A stretch of DNA of 64,000 nt from Eledone cirrhosa (lineage: Eukaryota). The notes under the pieces are model-generated. The model was not told the DNA's origin, did not search any database, and worked only from the letters and a program-made list of their open reading frames with translations. Shown one piece after another: positions 23,601-37,131 of the stretch. How positions within the stretch are numbered: position 1 is the first letter of the stretch; every line of letters begins with the position of its first letter. The stretch spans positions 283,340,001-283,404,000 of the forward strand of contig OZ024743.1 in assembly GCA_964016885.1 (NCBI GenBank), given 5' to 3'. The position numbers and the translations under genes were made by a program.

Positions 23601-26480
23601 TCATTATTGGATTAGCAGTTGATTGGACACCATGCTTTGACACATAGAGTTACAGACAGTCCTTGCCATTCTGAGTTCAAATCCTGCCAAGGTTAACTTT
23701 GCCTTTCATCCTTATGGGGTTGATAAAATAAAGTATGAGTAATGCACTGGGTAATTGCTGGCCTTGTGCCAAAAAGTAGAAGCAATTATTGAAAATCTTT
23801 GGATTTCGCAAAATACATCATCATCATCATCATCATTATCATCGTTTAACGTCCATTTTCCACGCTAGCATGGGTCTGATATTTTTTTATTGGAGAAGGT
23901 AAGATATTTTTCCGCCAAAAGTTTTTGAGAATGTTACTTATTCATTGTAAAAATTAAATGATAGCATTCTATATGTAGGTGGGGCCCCTTCATCTCATGG
24001 CAACCAATATTTTTAGATCCAGTCAGCCACTGCATATATATATATCCAACATCTATGCTTCCTCCAACTAGGCTGCCAAGACAGTTACAAGAGTATAATG
24101 AAAATTAATAATTATAAACCTACTTTCAAAATAAAAGTTAAAAGTTGTGGTGTCGTTCATGGCTTTGCTAGAGATATTAGTCATATTTTGGGTCAACTTG
24201 TCAATCCTCTGGCTCTTTGGTAACAAGCTTATTATTCTTATGTGTTTAACTGTTGAATTAATTTCAGTTGATTTTTTTTAACAAACAAATAATATATATA
24301 TATAATGGCAATCATTGTAAGTTTGAATCTGACATGCATAAACTATATATAATCTATATACATAAAACAGAAGATGTCTGTCTGTCTGTGTAACCGCATG
24401 CATTTCTACATTTTACAACCGATTTGCACCAAATTTCATACATAGGTTTCTGAAGTCCTATTACGCGTCGTAGACTATTTTATGTTTCCGTACATCGATT
24501 GTGCCCCCCCCCCCTGTCAGGGGCAGATAACCCCCTTAAGCCTCTCGTTTGGAGTAAGCAATACTACTGCATAAAGGCCCCATAATTCCTGCAGTTTGTC
24601 TCCCATCTTCACCAAAATTAATCTTTTGTTTGCTTATGGCCTACAAATAAATTTGCAAGCATGCACGTGCGCAGAAATTCAGGTAGGGGACCGCTTGATG
24701 AATGTTGAAGTTGATATCATCAATGCAACAAAACGTCATAACTGCTTGAGTTGGTGTTTGGTTTTCACGAAGTGAGACGTATTGGTTACCCATGGCTTAT
24801 AAATGAAGGTGAACACATGAACTTTTACTTGAAGTTATCAAGGGGACCCTGGGGAGGGGGGTAGTAAGCCTCTTCGACTTATCTATTGAAGTTCACATTA
24901 ACACTGTATTAGTACCTGATAACTTTTGAAGTTTACGTTCGATTTTAACTTTACCGGACACATTGGTTACCGATTGCCTAAAGATAATGTTGAAGACACT
25001 GTCTATACCCGGAACAAGCAAGGGGACCCCCAGGGGGCAGTAAGCCCCAGCAAGTCATTTATTGAATTTGGCTATTGTAATGCAGCAAAGCGTCATAGCT
25101 TCAATAATTGGTAGTCCAATAAAATGAATTTCGACTTAGTTGTTATTCATGTACTACAGATGAAGATACAGTGAGGCACATTTACTTTTATTTCAATTCA
25201 GCAAGAGGACCCCCTCGGGGACAATGAGCCCAATTCATTAACCTATAAAAGTTCAAACTGCCACAATAAAAAAGCACCATAACCTCGGGAGTTTATACTT
25301 GATTCTTACAAAAACTAAACGAAATAGTTATTGCCTGCCATAAGATAAAGTACCACACATTCGTTATCACTTGAATTTTGCAAGGGAACAACCCCCTGGG
25401 GAGGGCAGTGAGCTCCTTTGGGCCACTTTTAAAGTTTATATTATGGTCACAGCAAAGCATTTCAACTTCTGGAAATGAAAGTCAATTTAAACGAAAGCTG
25501 ACACATCGGTTACTCATGTCCTACAAATGGAGTAGCGAATTTTTAAATCCCCCTGACTTAACTTTAGTTTGTTTAGTTAACTTTAGGATGATTGAATTTA
25601 ATTTTGCACCCGGTTGTCTCCCCCGTGTAATTGCACCATAATTAAGTGCAGAATGGGGAGTTAAATTTTTTTCCTTGAACTTTGGCATCATTTCACACTC
25701 CTAACCAAGAAAGCACGATTTAACGTCTACTGTATGTGGATTGTGCTATTTCACACTCATGCCTAAACTGTGCGAATGATGATTAGTTTTTGCACCCGGT
25801 TGTCTCCCCCGCTTAATTGCACCTCAATTAAGTGCAGAATGGCGACCTCTAGTCAACCACACATCAGTGAGTTGTGTTCAGTAGATTTCATCACACTTAT
25901 TTGTATTATCTAACCAATCAAACAACTCGAGTGTTGTTCATTGAGCGAAATCACTCCTATTTATATTGGTCAAGTCCGACCTAGGATCACACTTCTTTTT
26001 TGGCTTTTGACAAGTGGTAGGTTTTTTTACATGCATACTCTCATAAGCTACCCCATGTTTCTGAAACGCATGTTTCTTCAACATTTGTCACCTTAAAGGA
26101 GATTTAGTTAATGTGTTTATGGTCATAAGGTTCCAGTTTATCATGCTGTGATTTTTCGGCCATTTTTGCCTGTATCCTTTCAATGGTTAGTACTTACTTA
26201 TTGCTATGTTCGAACTGAACAAACATACTGACACTTATATACCTACCACTGTAGCCACACTATTTAATTTCCTTTATTACAGGTAGTCCATACGCTGCGT
26301 TGCCCCTAACTTAAAACCTAAAATTTGACTGGTACACAAAATCTTGCAAAACATACCCACTTTCTCAGACCACATAGATTTATCACATTTTTTCACAATT
26401 TATATCCATGTTTAGATTTGCTTACTTAAACGTTACTTGTCCACTATTTATCGTTCTCCCTGGTTAATTTTCTAAAAACA

Positions 26481-27140
26481 ATGCCCCCCAAGAAAAGAAC
26501 TTTCATTGGTTGATTATCTTATGATGCAAGTCTAAGCGAAGGCGTCTCACCGAAGATGTAAATGCGACTGCGATCAGGCTCTCACAGAATGCTGTACAGA
26601 CGGCAGCTGCAAGAGCGGAGGAGGATGACAGTCGACGTGAAATTCGATGGAACAAAGATGCTGCCATGACTGCTGCTGCTCGCGCTCGAGGGATGAAGGA
26701 TGATGTGCCGTTCGACGATGCAGGGATGCTGCTGCAACATTTGCTGCTTGCGCTCGAGAGGATGAAGGACTACGCGCCATTCGACGAAGCAGGAACACCT
26801 CTGCAACAACTGCTGCTCGTGCTCAAGAGGATGAAGGACAATGCGGCGTTCAACGAAGCAGGGACGCCACTGCAACATCCGCTACTCGCGCTCGAGAGGA
26901 TGAAGGACGACGCGCCGTTCAACAAAGCAGGGACGCCACTGCAACAGCCGCTGCTCGTGCTCAAGGGGATGAAGGATGACGCACCGTTCGATGAAGCAGG
27001 GACGCTGCTGCCACTACTGCTGCACGAAATACTGCAAAGTGAACAGCGGAAATCATTGTTATGTGGCATTTCTAGGACTTGTAATTCATCATGGTTGTTG
27101 AAGGCCTTTAACTATGACTCCTCCTCCGACTACGCTGTGC
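26481..27140 (+). pseudogene. Helitron RepHel N-terminal region with 69-bp (23-aa) repeats
   Basis: MPPKKRTFIG start; ARAREDEGRRAVQQSRDATATAA-type repeats at 26692, 26761, 26830, 26899 and 26968; then AFNYDSSSDY; contains stops. Confidence 0.7.
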
Positions 27141-27149
27141 TTGCCTGGA

Positions 27150-27679
27150 AACCTGCACGTCTACAACTCCCTTGACTCTATGGCTGATCCGGACGAAGTT
27201 GTTAATTACCCCTCAGAACTTTTTAACTGCCTAGACCCTCCCGGATTGCCACCACACTTACTGTGACTTAAGAAAGGTGCCCCTGTCATGTTCCTCAGGA
27301 ATTTGGAACCCCGAAGGCTTTCCAACGGCACACGTCTGGTCGTCCAAAAGGCGATGCCTCATGTTATTGAGGCAACAATACCTACAGGATGTGGTAAGAG
27401 GGATACTGTCTTCATACCAAGGATATCTCTTATTCCATCCGGTAAAGACATTCTCTCACATTCAGAAGGCTACAATTCCCTCTCCTGCTCAGTTTCGCCA
27501 TGTCGATTAACAAATCACAGGGTCAGACGCTGACAGTCGTTGGGCTTAATTTAGAAGAACCGTGCTTCGCCCATGGTCAACTATATGTTGGCTGCTCTCG
27601 AGTGGGGAGCCGACATAACCTATTTACTTTTGCAACTCACGAGAAAACCCAAAATATAGTCTATAAGGAAGTTTTGTAG
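27150..27679 (+). pseudogene. Helitron PIF1-like helicase C-terminus, disrupted
   Basis: YPSELFNCLDPPGLPPH, LRNL...NGTRL, FIPRI, RLQFP, FAMSINKSQGQTL, HGQLYVGCSRV and NIVYKEVL*; one stop plus frameshifts. Confidence 0.92.
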
Positions 27680-28604
27680 GCACCCCATCCGCCAACAAGT
27701 AATCGCTGCTTTTTTTTTGTATAAGTGCTTACATTTGCTGTATCCGTGTGCTATTTTTGTCCTTTTGAAAATACCATGTACGCCTCTGAGGTTGTTTTTG
27801 CTATACGTTATAAATGTTCAATGTCTCCATTTTCCTCATTTATATGTTGCTATTACGCTTTGCTATCGATGTTCTGTAGTTTTAACCTAATTAATCTTCT
27901 TTTCTTTACATCTTATTTACACATTTTTTTTACATTCCAGCGTGATCTTGCCAAGGCCGTTTTTGTGGCCACCGACTGTTACATGCTTTTCTAGGTTACA
28001 ATCTCAAATAACAAGCAAAGCAAATACAACACACCAAAGTGGTATGAAGGTCTTCTTAAGGGCCACCACCTCTAATCAGAGTCATCTTTGCTGATAGCTC
28101 TGCCACTGGGACTTTTAAGAATGAACGATCCAAGGCCCTCTTCAGGGCCACCAAGTTTAAATTGTTACCATCGGATTCATCTTTGCTGGCAGCACCACCA
28201 GAGAGATATTTCAAAGTGAACGTTCAAAGGCCCTCTTTAGGGCCAACACCTATAAATTGTTACTTCTATAGCCATGTTTAACAGAAGTCTTTCAGTTCAT
28301 TTGAACTCCATTGAGAGTTATACCGGGCAACGCCAGGTACCTCTGCTAGTATATGAATAAAGTAAGCCCAAATCATGGTAGATTCAAATATCACACAGAG
28401 AAAGTGAGAAAGAGAGAGGAGGGGGAGAAATGGGGTGCAACAGAAGTAAAACATGGATTACAGGTTAAAATATAGTCTAGATAGATGAGAAACAAAATGA
28501 GGATGTAGTTTATGGAACACCCAACTGATTTAGAAGTCGACCTTAAGTAGGTGCAATAACATTAAGAAAGACATGAACGACACCGTATGATTTTGTTTTG
28601 AAAA

Positions 28605-28906
28605 TTTTGAAAGTAGGTTTATAAGTATGAATTTTCAGGAGATTTTTTGTAGCTGTCTCAGTGGACTAGTGGTAGGTACTAGAGATGGTTGGCATCCTGC
28701 TCTTGGGTTCAATCCTAGTGAAGTGGTACGTGTAATGCTTTGCAGTTTTTACATCCGATAGAAAAAAAGGGTTACCGGGATCCCTACTCCCGACCAGGAT
28801 CAAACTTCAGACCAGGATCACCACCATCTATGATTCCTCCAACTAGGCCACTTAGACAGCTACAATAGTATAATGAAAATTAATAATTATAAACCTACTT
28901 TCAAAA
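28605..28906. repeat. Diverged inverted repeat with tRNA/SINE-like arms
   Basis: ttttgaaagtaggtttataa...gtagctgtctcagtggactagt faces actaggccacttagacagctac...ttataaacctactttcaaaa; B box ggttcaatcc at 28706. The right arm and its flank also occur at 24051-24228. Confidence 0.7.
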
Positions 28907-30320
28907 TCAAAGTTAAAAGTTATGGTGTCATTCGTGGCTTCCCTAGAGCTATTAGTCATATTTTGGGTCAACTTGTTAATCTTCTGGCTCTTTGGTAACA
29001 ACCTTATGATATGATAACTAATAATCGTTTGGTATACGTTGGATGATCGGCTGGCTGTGACAGCTTTCCTGCTTGCACCTGCAGGGCCTGAGTCTGTCCA
29101 CCTTCCTGGAGTGCTTGGAAAAATAAATTTCCCTTTCTTTCAGTAGACGAAAATACTTGGAACAGTTGATACGTTCTTGGGCCCTGGGTGGACCAGGAAC
29201 CTATTGTGTCACTGGTTATTGGCCGCCAAACAGTACTCTTAAATTTTAAACTTAAATTTTTACATTTTTAATCCTTAATCTTAGCTTTAAATTCTACCTT
29301 AAAACTTTATTATGACTATCAAAAATATATTAAATTTTACTTAAATGCTTCCTTCTGCAAATCTTTAATTAAATCTTTCAATTTTAAACCTAAATTTTAC
29401 ATGTTTAATCTTTAATCTTATTTTAAATTATATCTTTCAATTCTAAACCTAAATTTTACATTTCTCATCTTTAATCGTAATTTCAAACTCTACCTTAAAA
29501 CCTTTTGGCTTCTGGTTCTGACTGTACATCCATCTACTATATATTTTAGTACTTTTGACTAATGCCAACCCAAATTTATTTTTTCTATGTAACCTGATCT
29601 CCTTTACCACTAGCATGTGTCCATATGGCAGTGGGTGACAGCAGGGTAGTAGTGGAATACACTACAAGACGAAATTAAGTAGATTCCTCACTTGAAGGCA
29701 ATCATCCAGACAACTGCTGGCTCTGACTGCCTTTGGGTCTTAAACATTTCTCTCTACTTTTCAGCCTCTTGGATTGTGTCTACCATTATTATATTCCTTT
29801 ATTAGATAACTTTTATACAATTAACACCTAATAATGTCACCAGGATCCTACAGAGCCTGCTCAGTGAAATGTGCATAGTGTTTGTAATAAATCTTTGAAG
29901 GAATTTCACCAGTCCAGCCTACTGTCATTTTTCTCAATAATATATATATACATATATTGTTGTCTTGGACTGCTACCATCAGTTGTGATGTTGTCGTGTA
30001 CATACCTATTTGATAGGATATTTAGGGCTAAACTCTGTTGACAATTTGCTTCACCAGTCCTGGCTGCATATGTTTTCTGGATGATTTGGGGGAATAACGC
30101 ATAGTTTCCATGCATGGAGTGCTGCGTATGTACACTCCAGGTATGGGGTGCAATGGTCCAGGGCAAAAATTATTGCGTTCCCACACATCACCGTTTTTAC
30201 CACTAACTAAACTCATAGTGTGCGCTCTGATATACAGGCTTGTATTTACTAAATACAAGTTCTGTAATATCATAGAGCGAGTGGAAATCGATGACCTTAA
30301 ACAAATTCAATTTGTCGGGT

Positions 30321-30647
30321 GATGTGTTGTTTCCTTGAACAAGGCACTTTATTTCACATTACTCCAGTTTACTCAGCTGTAGAAATGAGATGATAGGACT
30401 GGAATCCCTATCATTCCACTGTAAAGTGGACGTGAAGGCGCCACGGAAAAAAAAAGCACCCAGCACTCACTGTAAATGAGGTTGGTGTTAGGAAGGGCAT
30501 CCAGCTGTGGAAATCAAGCTAGAATCAGTTGAGCAAGACAAGGTCAGCCGACCGGATACTGCCTACAACAGGACAACCCGTCTAACCCATGGTAGCGTGG
30601 AAGAACGGACGTAAAACGGTGATGATGATGATGATGATGATGATGAT
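30321..30647 (+). mobile_element. SINE family D variant with a longer RTE-B tail
   Basis: Central domain as in 19375-19480; tail as in 9560-9783. Confidence 0.85.
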
Positions 30648-30648
30648 A

Positions 30649-30842
30649 CAAGGGTAGCCTGAAAAGTTCATAGGCTGAACAAGATACTCTCATGGAATGA
30701 CAAAATAAGGTTTATTTTTCAACATAGTCCCTGGAAAGAACCAATGCAGTTATCAATGAGAAGAGTTGAAACCAATGCATGCAAGATTTCATAGCTCTAG
30801 CATCAATCCTTCATAGTCTATGAACTTTTCAGCTCACCCTCG
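30649..30842. mobile_element. Mariner-type MITE
   Basis: TA|CAAGGGTAGCCTGAAAAGTTCATAG...CTATGAACTTTTCAGCTCACCCTCG|TA. Confidence 0.85.
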
Positions 30843-31207
30843 TATATTTGGTGGTAAATGATCTCTGAGCTCAATCAGGTGAATAACAACAACCTGAAAC
30901 AAAACACATATGTAAGAAGGGTTAGGGGGCAAGAAGAAGAGGAACATAAGTATGAAGTTATGGATGTATGGCAAGTGTGGTGTGATACACCCTAGTGAAA
31001 AATGTGTTGAATCTGTTTAAGGGCTATATATCCAGAGCTTGGTTGTCTTTTCTCTTATGATAATGAGTAGGGTCAACCAAAAGGCCCAGTGCAGGAACTT
31101 AGGTTTGTATATGTAACCCTATATACCATACATATGCCAAACATATGTGTGTGCATGCATATGTAAGTGTGTGTGTGTGTATGAGAGAGACACACAGAAA
31201 GACAGAC

Positions 31208-31256
<49 letters not shown>

Positions 31257-31291
31257 GAGAAGGAGAGAGAAGACAGACATAGAAAAAGAGA

Positions 31292-31345
<54 letters not shown>

Positions 31346-32014
31346 TATGTGAGATAATCATACCTGGATTTGCAGTATTATTTGATTGATAAGTGGATTG
31401 GCAGTATCGGTAGAGGGTCGGACGCCATGCTTTGAAGCATAGAGTTACCTCCCTGTATGATCTGAGTTCAAATTCCACCGAGGTTAACTTTGCCTTTCAT
31501 CCTTACAGGGTCGATAAAATAAAGTACCAGTAATGCACTGGGTAATTGCTGGCCTTGTGCCAAAAGTAGAAACAATTATTTGATTGATAAGGCGGTGAAT
31601 TGGCAGTATCGGTAGAGGGTCGGACGCCATGCTTTGACGCATAGAGTTACGGCCCTTTCCATTCTGAGTTCAAACCCCTCCTAGGTTAACTTTGCCTTTC
31701 ATCCTTACGGGGTCGATAAAATAAAGTACCAGTAATGAACTGAGTAATTGCTGGCCTTGTGCCAAAAGTAGAAACAATTATTTGATTGATCCATTCATTT
31801 AACCATATACACATGGAAAGTAAAGTTATATTGAAGACTTTAAGTTTATTACACACCGGTATATAAATAAAAAGAAGTATCAAACTGACAGACCAATTTA
31901 TGAAAATAATAGAAATAGTTATTACATATCTAATAAGGAAGAGTATTGACTTAGATGAGAAATAGTTTAGGCTTGTGGTAGGACAGAGAACTACAGGGGC
32001 CCACTTCATAGTAA

Positions 32015-32370
32015 AGTGGTGGTGGTGGTGGTGTTGGAGGTGCTGGTGATGATGATGATGATTGAAGGTGGTGCTGGTGTTGGTGGTGGTGCTGCTGATG
32101 ATGATGATGAAAGTAGTGGTGGTGGAGGTGCTGGTGATGATGATGATGATTGAAGGTGGTGCTGGTGTTGGTGGTGGTGCTGCTGATGATGATGAAAGTG
32201 GTGGCGGTGGAGGTGCTGGTGATGATGATGATGATGATGGAGGTGGTGGTGGTGCTGCTGATAATGATGATGAAAGTGGTGGTGGTGGTGATGGTGGTGG
32301 TGGTGGTGGTGGTGGTGATAATGGCAGTGGTGGTGGTGATGATGGTAATGGTGGTGGGGAAGAGGATGAT
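32015..32370. repeat. Complex (GGT/GAT/GCT)n repeat with ~85-90 bp higher-order duplication
   Basis: The unit ggaggtgctggt(gat)n tgaaggtggtgctggtgttggtggtggtgctgct(gat)n gaaagt is repeated. Confidence 0.9.
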
Positions 32371-32795
32371 TGCTATAGCAGTTTAAGTTACACATAACTT
32401 GGTCTAGATGTAGTTTGTTTCTCTCTTGTTATAGTTTACTTTGTCAAAATACTAACTAGCTAGAAATTAACTTGTTACTAGATTCACGCCTAAAATTAAG
32501 TTATCCTGAAAACAGCTCTTTTGGAGCCTGGTTCAATTGGTGCAATTATCTACATTTTATAAATAGCCTACAAAAATCAATATAGCTTAGAATTGCAGCC
32601 TTTGTTTATGGGACTTCATGCCCAGTTATAGAGGCTTGATATGCCAACTCTCACTCCCACACTCCATCTGCTTTCTTCAAGATACAGTAAACACAGACAC
32701 AAACCTACCAACAGTATATCAATAAATAATATATTGAATATGAATGAAAATTCCGTAGTAATCTCAACATGATTTCTAAAACAACTACTTTTTAA

Positions 32796-33016
32796 CCCTT
32801 TAGCATTTAAACCGGCCGTATCTGGCAAGAATTCTCTCACCTCTTTCTGTTCAAACCAACTGTAACCAGCCACTCATACTGATGTTAAGGTATTGTTCTC
32901 AAAATAAATAATATCAAAATCTCATAGATTTGATATTATGTGAGATAATTATGTGAGGTAAAGCCTTTACTGTGAAAATATAACAGTAAATACAGAATAT
33001 TGTAAATGCTAAAGAG
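32796..33016. mobile_element. TTAA MITE family A
   Basis: TTAA|CCCTTTAGCATTTA...TAAATGCTAAAGAG|TTAA. Confidence 0.88.
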
Positions 33017-34136
33017 TTAATTATCAGGAACTGTAAAAGGCATATATTTCCTTCTTTGTCAATTATTTGTTTAGACTGTATAAATGATGAATTTATTGCT
33101 GTTATTTTTAACACTTGTTTGATTTCATTTGCAAATGCAATCTTAAAATAGTGTTGATTAAGTAATTTGGAAACCTAATTATGTTCATGTCATTCCCTTG
33201 TATTCTTTACATAATGATGTACACAGCTTAACACCATTCAATTCAACACAAGATAATCTTCATTACATTGGCAACACCAACATTTAATCATCGCTAAATT
33301 AGTGTGCATGAACAACAGAGCACAAATGAGCTGAGAGAATAGCTGGGTATTAGAGGATTCAGCTGTAGTGTGCAAGAGAAGAGACTGTGCTGGTACAGAC
33401 ATATATTATATATGAAGGAAAAGAGATAGGTAAAGATGAGCCATGCAACCCAACTGGAAATGGCTTGCAGAAGAAAAGAAAAAAAGAGGTAAACATGAGA
33501 AGGGAATGATATGGGTTCATCATCATCATCATCATTGCCATCATCATCATCATCAAACATCATCATCATCATCATTATCATCATCATCATCATCATCACC
33601 ATCATCATTAGCAGCAGCAGCAGCAGCAGCCTTTTATGTCTGTTTTTCCATGCTTTTCCAACAAAGCCTCTGCTTGTTTATCACATTCCTCTGTCATCTC
33701 CTCTGTGAGGTTCAGCATTTTGAGATCTGCTCTCACCACTTCTGTCAAGGTCTTGCTCAGTCTTCTTCTGCTGTGTAGCTTCCTTCCACTGAGAATTCCT
33801 GCCACTTCTTCACCCAACATTCATCATCCATTTACATCACATATCTATACCAGTGCAGTCTTCTCTCTTACACACAGTTAATTCCTCTTATACCCAGTTT
33901 TTCTCTTGGCTCAGATATGCTTCACCATCCAAACACCAAACATTCATATCTGCTAGGTCATCTTCTATGGACCCCAACCAGATCTTAATAGGCCTCTGCC
34001 TCACTTCCTATCCATCATCATCATATTTTAACCGTAGTCAAAATCATAGAGCCCACAATCCCACACCAGTATTCCCGATCCTGCATAGCTGTCACCAGGT
34101 CTTCTTTGGCAATCCCTGTGCTCCTGTTGATGATGT

Positions 34137-34460
34137 CTTCTTCTTCTTCTTCTTCTTCTTCTTCTTCTTCTTCTTCTTCTTCTTCTTCTTCTTCTTCTTC
34201 TTCTTCTTCTTCTCCTACTTATTCCTGACGGGGTCATGGGGTAGAGTCCTCAAATACTCCTTCCAGTTAGAAGCAAACGTCTCCAATTAATCTGGCTGGT
34301 TCCCCAGGTGAGACCAGCCAAGCTCATGGGTGTTATCCAACCATCTTGCTGAGGGTCTACACTGGGTCTCTACCACGGGATCTCCTGCCAGCTGGTTTTG
34401 CCCATAAAATCTGTCCAGCAATTCTTTCCTGAAACATTCTTGGGGATATTACCGGCATCC
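34137..34460 (-). mobile_element. 3' end of another RTE-type LINE with a (GAA)n tail
   Basis: Minus strand reads QILWAKPAGRRSRG..RPSARWLDNTHELGWSHLG, followed by ~25 GAA units. Confidence 0.6.
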
Positions 34461-34499
34461 CCAAATGTAAGTTTCTAATTTAAATGTTGAGCTAAAAGT

Positions 34500-34790
34500 A
34501 CAAATCTTCAAGGCCACAGTTAAGTCTATACACCTGTATGGTTCTGAAACCTGGATAATGACAACAAAATTACAGAAAAAATTTGATGGCACATACACAA
34601 GACATTTAAGGCAAATAAAACATATCTCCTACAGACAGCATCCAAACAGAGAGCTAAGATATGGCAACCTGTGTCCTGTTTCTTTATTGGTGAATTATTG
34701 ATGGGTTCAGTTTGCAAGCCATTCTTATAGAGTGGAAAGAGAAATAATATCATAGCTTAAATTCTGGCAACCATGACTCCATGGCAGTAG
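34500..34790 (+). pseudogene. Degenerate RTE/RTEX fragment
   Basis: LYGSETWIMTTKLQKKFDGTYTRHLR. Confidence 0.6.
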
Positions 34791-35130
34791 AAGTATGAAG
34801 CCTCCTGTGCACCACTTTCTAACTTCCACTCAAAAGAATCTTTGAGTGTGTATGTGTATGTCAGTATGTGTGTGAGTGTGTGTATGAGTATGTGTGTGTG
34901 TCAGTATGAGTGTATGTGTGTCAATGTATATGTGTGTTTGTCAGTGTAGTAGTAGTAGTAGTAGTAGTAGTAGTAAGCAATTTTCCTCCTCAAAATTAGA
35001 AGTGCATCCCACCTGAAGAGGGAGCCCTAAGAGATGGAGTAGCTAATGGAGTGAGTGTTGCTGGTTGTTCTTTACTGCAATGCTGTCACCATCTTGTCTG
35101 TGGGGTGCAGCTGAGATGTACAATCTAGTG

Positions 35131-36135
35131 CAGGGGTTCCCAACCCCTTTTGTGTCATCACTCACTTTCACTTGGAAAAATTTTCCATTGCCTACTTGTA
35201 TAGTAAATATTCAAAAGCATGCCAAAAATGTTTGGTAAAGGTTTGTTACTGGTTTGTTGTTCCCATTTAGCATCCTGTTTTTTATACAGGTTCTTTGCAT
35301 ATCTCCTTTGAATATTTGTTTTTAGGTAGCATATGTTGAAATACCTACTTAACCCTTGAGCATTTAAACTGGCTGTATCCGGCCAGAATTCTCTCATCTC
35401 TTTCTGTTCAAACCAGCCATAACTGGCCACTCGTACTGATGTTAAAGTATTGTTCTCAAAATAGATAATATCAAAAGTTCATAGATTCAATATTATGTGA
35501 GATAAAGCCTATTCTGCAAAATTCAATAGTAAATATAGAGTAATGGAAATGCTAAAGGGTTAATACTCAAAATCCTATATCATCCATCAAAATTTCCAAT
35601 CGCCTACCATTTTCTGAAAAGGACTGCATAAAAAAGATTAACATTCCAAGCTATTAACCATATCTTTAGCCATGTGGCTCATAGTAAAACTATATTCTTA
35701 TTAACTCGTTACAGACCTTTAAAAATATGAATTATTGTATTATTTTAAATTTAGTAAAAAATCTCCAATATTTTATTTCCTTTGAGTTTATATATATATA
35801 TGTGTTTGTGTCTATATTGTATCTGTATTATTTTTGACCGTTGATCAGTCAATGGCAACATTGAGGACTGAATAAATTAGATTACCGATATAAAAGACAC
35901 AGAAGCGAAAAGCGAAAACCAACCAAACAGTGAGTGTGTTCTGTTATTAATTCTGGCAATATTACACAAATATGACCCTCACCAAGTATAACAATATATA
36001 TATATATATATATATAAATATATACATATATATATATAAATAAAAATAGAAATTCATGATGGAGAATTGTTGCTTATCACCCACCAGTTAAAATCGCCCA
36101 CTGGTGGGTGATATCACCCAGGTTAGGAAACCGTG
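35131..36135. mobile_element. Non-autonomous hAT (Charlie-like) element containing a MITE-A insertion
   Basis: TIRs CAGGGGTTCCCAACC / GGTTAGGAAACCGTG; imperfect 8-bp TSD atctagtg/atctagct. Confidence 0.7.
35353..35559. mobile_element. TTAA MITE family A
   Basis: TTAA|CCCTTGAGCATTT...AAATGCTAAAGGG|TTAA. Confidence 0.88.
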
Positions 36136-37131
36136 ATCTAGCTGGGGGTGCAGAGACTTCCCACTTCTTTTTTTTTATATTATTCAATTAATTATTTAAT
36201 ATGTAAATCAAGTTTTACTTGAAACCATTTTCAAAATATATATGAGGATGTATAGAACATGTGTGTCTGTTATGTGTTTGTGTGTGTGGATGTGTGTATA
36301 TGTGTTCCACATGTGTATATATGTGTCTGTTGCATGTTTCATGCATGTGGGTTTGTGTATATGAATGTGTGTGTTTTGTGTGTTTCATATGTGTGGGCAT
36401 GTGTGTATGCATGTGTATGTTTTGTGTGTTTTATGTGTGTATCTGTGTTTGTTGTGTGTGTATGTGTGCATACATGTGTGTATGTGTGTGTGTGTATGTG
36501 TGTGCATGTGTGTGTGTATGTATGTGTGTATTGTGTGCATGTGTGTGTGTGTGTGTATGTATGGTGTGCATGTGTGTGTATGTGTGTGCATGTGTGTGTG
36601 TGTATGTGTGTGCATATGTGTGTGTGTGTGTGTGTGTCTAGAAAAGTTTCAAAATGTGCTTTTTTTGTTTTCCTTACCCTGTCATTTCTCTTATACTGAT
36701 AGAGAAAATTTATTGAAGGAGAAATATAAAAGGAAGAGAAATTAAAATACCCACCTCCACCCCACTCCACCCCAAAAAATAGCAACAAAATAAAATAAAA
36801 TAAAATAAAATTTGTTCATTCAAGAAAAAAATAAGCTCCATCTCTCACAATGGCACCAAATCAATAAAAATGACAAAAAAATATTCTAATTTCATTTTCG
36901 ATCTTTCATTTAACTCACTCATATAAAAATGTATAGTTATAAATACACATACACATATGCATATACATACACATATCACATAGACATATACATATACATA
37001 TTCATACACATACACATACATGTAAACATAACATATGCATATACATACATGCACACAAACAAATGTCTTAGTTATACAGGGTAAGTGGAAAGAAATTCCC
37101 TATTTAAAATTGTGAATAACTTTATTCATTA

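Larger units (their letters stand above)
24353..28349 (+). mobile_element. Internally deleted Helitron
   Basis: 5' end A|TCTATATACATAAAA; 3' GC-rich subterminal ccgggcaacgccagg followed by CTAG|T; no TSD; contains RepHel N-terminal and helicase C-terminal remnants. Confidence 0.92.

Noticed and set aside
26666-27175. 169-aa ORF with LLALERMKD repeats
   Set aside because: Mostly an off-frame reading of the Helitron 69-bp N-terminal repeats.
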